Shown in pieces: positions 51,865 through 52,815 of a stretch of DNA of 52,815 bases. Source of the stretch: Chiloscyllium plagiosum (lineage: Eukaryota); NCBI RefSeq assembly GCF_004010195.1, contig NC_057718.1:67658408-67711222 (forward strand). The letters are read 5' to 3'. Every line of letters begins with the position of its first letter. The first letter of the stretch is position 1. A program made the translations under genes and the position numbers. The notes under the pieces are model-generated. The model was not told the origin of the DNA. It searched no databases and saw only the letters and a list, made by a program, of their open reading frames with translations.

Positions 51865-51866
51865 AT
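51831..51866 (-). ncRNA. Candidate minimal type I hammerhead ribozyme motif
   Basis: Minus strand AUUC-CUGAAGA-A-GGGCAUGUGCCC-GAAAC-GUC-GAAU: core boxes, helix II, a GUC triplet and a 4-bp helix I (AUUC/GAAU). Confidence 0.6.
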
Positions 51867-51896
51867 TTAAAATTAATTTCCTGATTAGGCAAATTC

Positions 51897-52815
51897 ATAG
51901 AACATAGACATAGAACATAGAACAATACAGCACAGAACAGGCCCTTCGGCCCACGATGTTGTGCCGAACATTTGTCCTAGCTTAAGCACCTATCCATGTA
52001 CCTATCCAATTGCTGCTTAAAGGTCACCAATGATTCTGACTCTGCCACTCCCACAGGCAGCACATTCCATGCCCCCANNNNNNNNNNNNNNNNNNNNNNN
52101 NNNNNNNNNNNNNNNNNNNNNNNGACTGTCAACTCTATCTATTCCCCTGATCATCTTATAAACCTCTATCAAGTCACCCCTCATCCTTCTCCATGTCAAT
52201 GACAAAAGGCCTAGCACTCTCAACCTATCCTCGTATGACCTATTTTCCGTTCCAGGCAACATCCTGGTAAATCTCCTCTGCACCCTCTCCAACGCTTCCA
52301 CATCTTTCCTAAAATAAGGTGACCAGAACTGCTCATAGTACTCCAAATGTGGCCTTACCAAGGTCCTATACAGCTGCAACATCACCTCACGACTCTTGAA
52401 TTCAATCTCTCTGCTAATGAACGCTAATACACCATAGGCCTTCTTACAAGCTCTATCCACCTGAGTGGCAACTTTCAAAGAGCAATGAACGTAGACCCCA
52501 AGATCCCTCTGCTCCTCCACCTTACTAAGAACCCTACCATTAACCCTGTATTCCGCATTCTTATTTGCCCTTCCAAAATGGACAACCTCACACTTAACAG
52601 GGTTGAACTCCATCTGCCACTCCTCAGCCCAGATCTGCCTCATATTTAAGTCCCTTTGCAGCCAACAACAGCCCTCCTCACTATCCACAACTCCACCAAC
52701 CTTTGTATCGTCTGCAAATTTACTGGCCCACCCTTCAACATCCTCTTCCAAGTCATTAATAAAAATTACAAACAGCAGAGGACCCAGAACTGATCCCTGC
52801 GAAACTCCACTTGTA
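51897..52815 (-). mobile_element. Young CR1 LINE, RT C-terminal half largely open, running off the window
   Basis: ORF 52017-52751: SKFADDTK...WQMEFNPVKCEVVHFG...LVRPHLEY..QFWSP; (catagaa)n tail at about 51897-51925. Confidence 0.95.
52078..52123. other. Assembly gap (46 N)
   Basis: Run of N inside the young CR1. Confidence 0.99.

Noticed and set aside
52017..52751. 244-aa RT ORF as an active or domesticated gene
   Set aside because: Ordinary young CR1 ORF2 3' half that spans an N gap and is cut by the window edge; activity cannot be judged.
7315..52815. Further ARID1B exons
   Set aside because: I found no segment resembling the next expected coding exon; it probably lies beyond the window, though a very short exon could be missed by eye.

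Overview
Vertebrate genomic DNA, almost certainly a shark or other elasmobranch (inferred from HE1-type SINEs and shark-style CR1 LINEs). The window lies inside one gene on the + strand. The only host coding sequence I can support is a 204-bp phase-0/0 exon at 7111-7314, recognised from memory as ARID1B exon 2 (BAF/SWI-SNF subunit). The rest is intron packed with decayed and nested retroelements: many CR1 LINEs (one near full length at 35631-39150), Rex1/Babar, RTE and L2 fragments, HE1 and Deu-domain SINEs, Penelope-like elements and remnants of a Copia-like LTR element. Nearly all listed ORFs are transposon debris or chance frames. Four things stand out. (1) A decayed 185-bp second copy of most of the ARID1B exon plus its splice donor, 22 kb downstream. 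(2) A recent 203-bp inverted duplication upstream of the exon. (3) A 70-bp duplication flanking a 60-bp copy of sequence from 1.16 kb upstream. (4) A family of short Penelope-terminus inserts with 11-20 bp target-site duplications and minimal hammerhead-ribozyme cores, two of them built as fold-back hairpins. I see no clear new multi-gene system. Family names come from motif recall, not database searches, and transposon boundaries are approximate.
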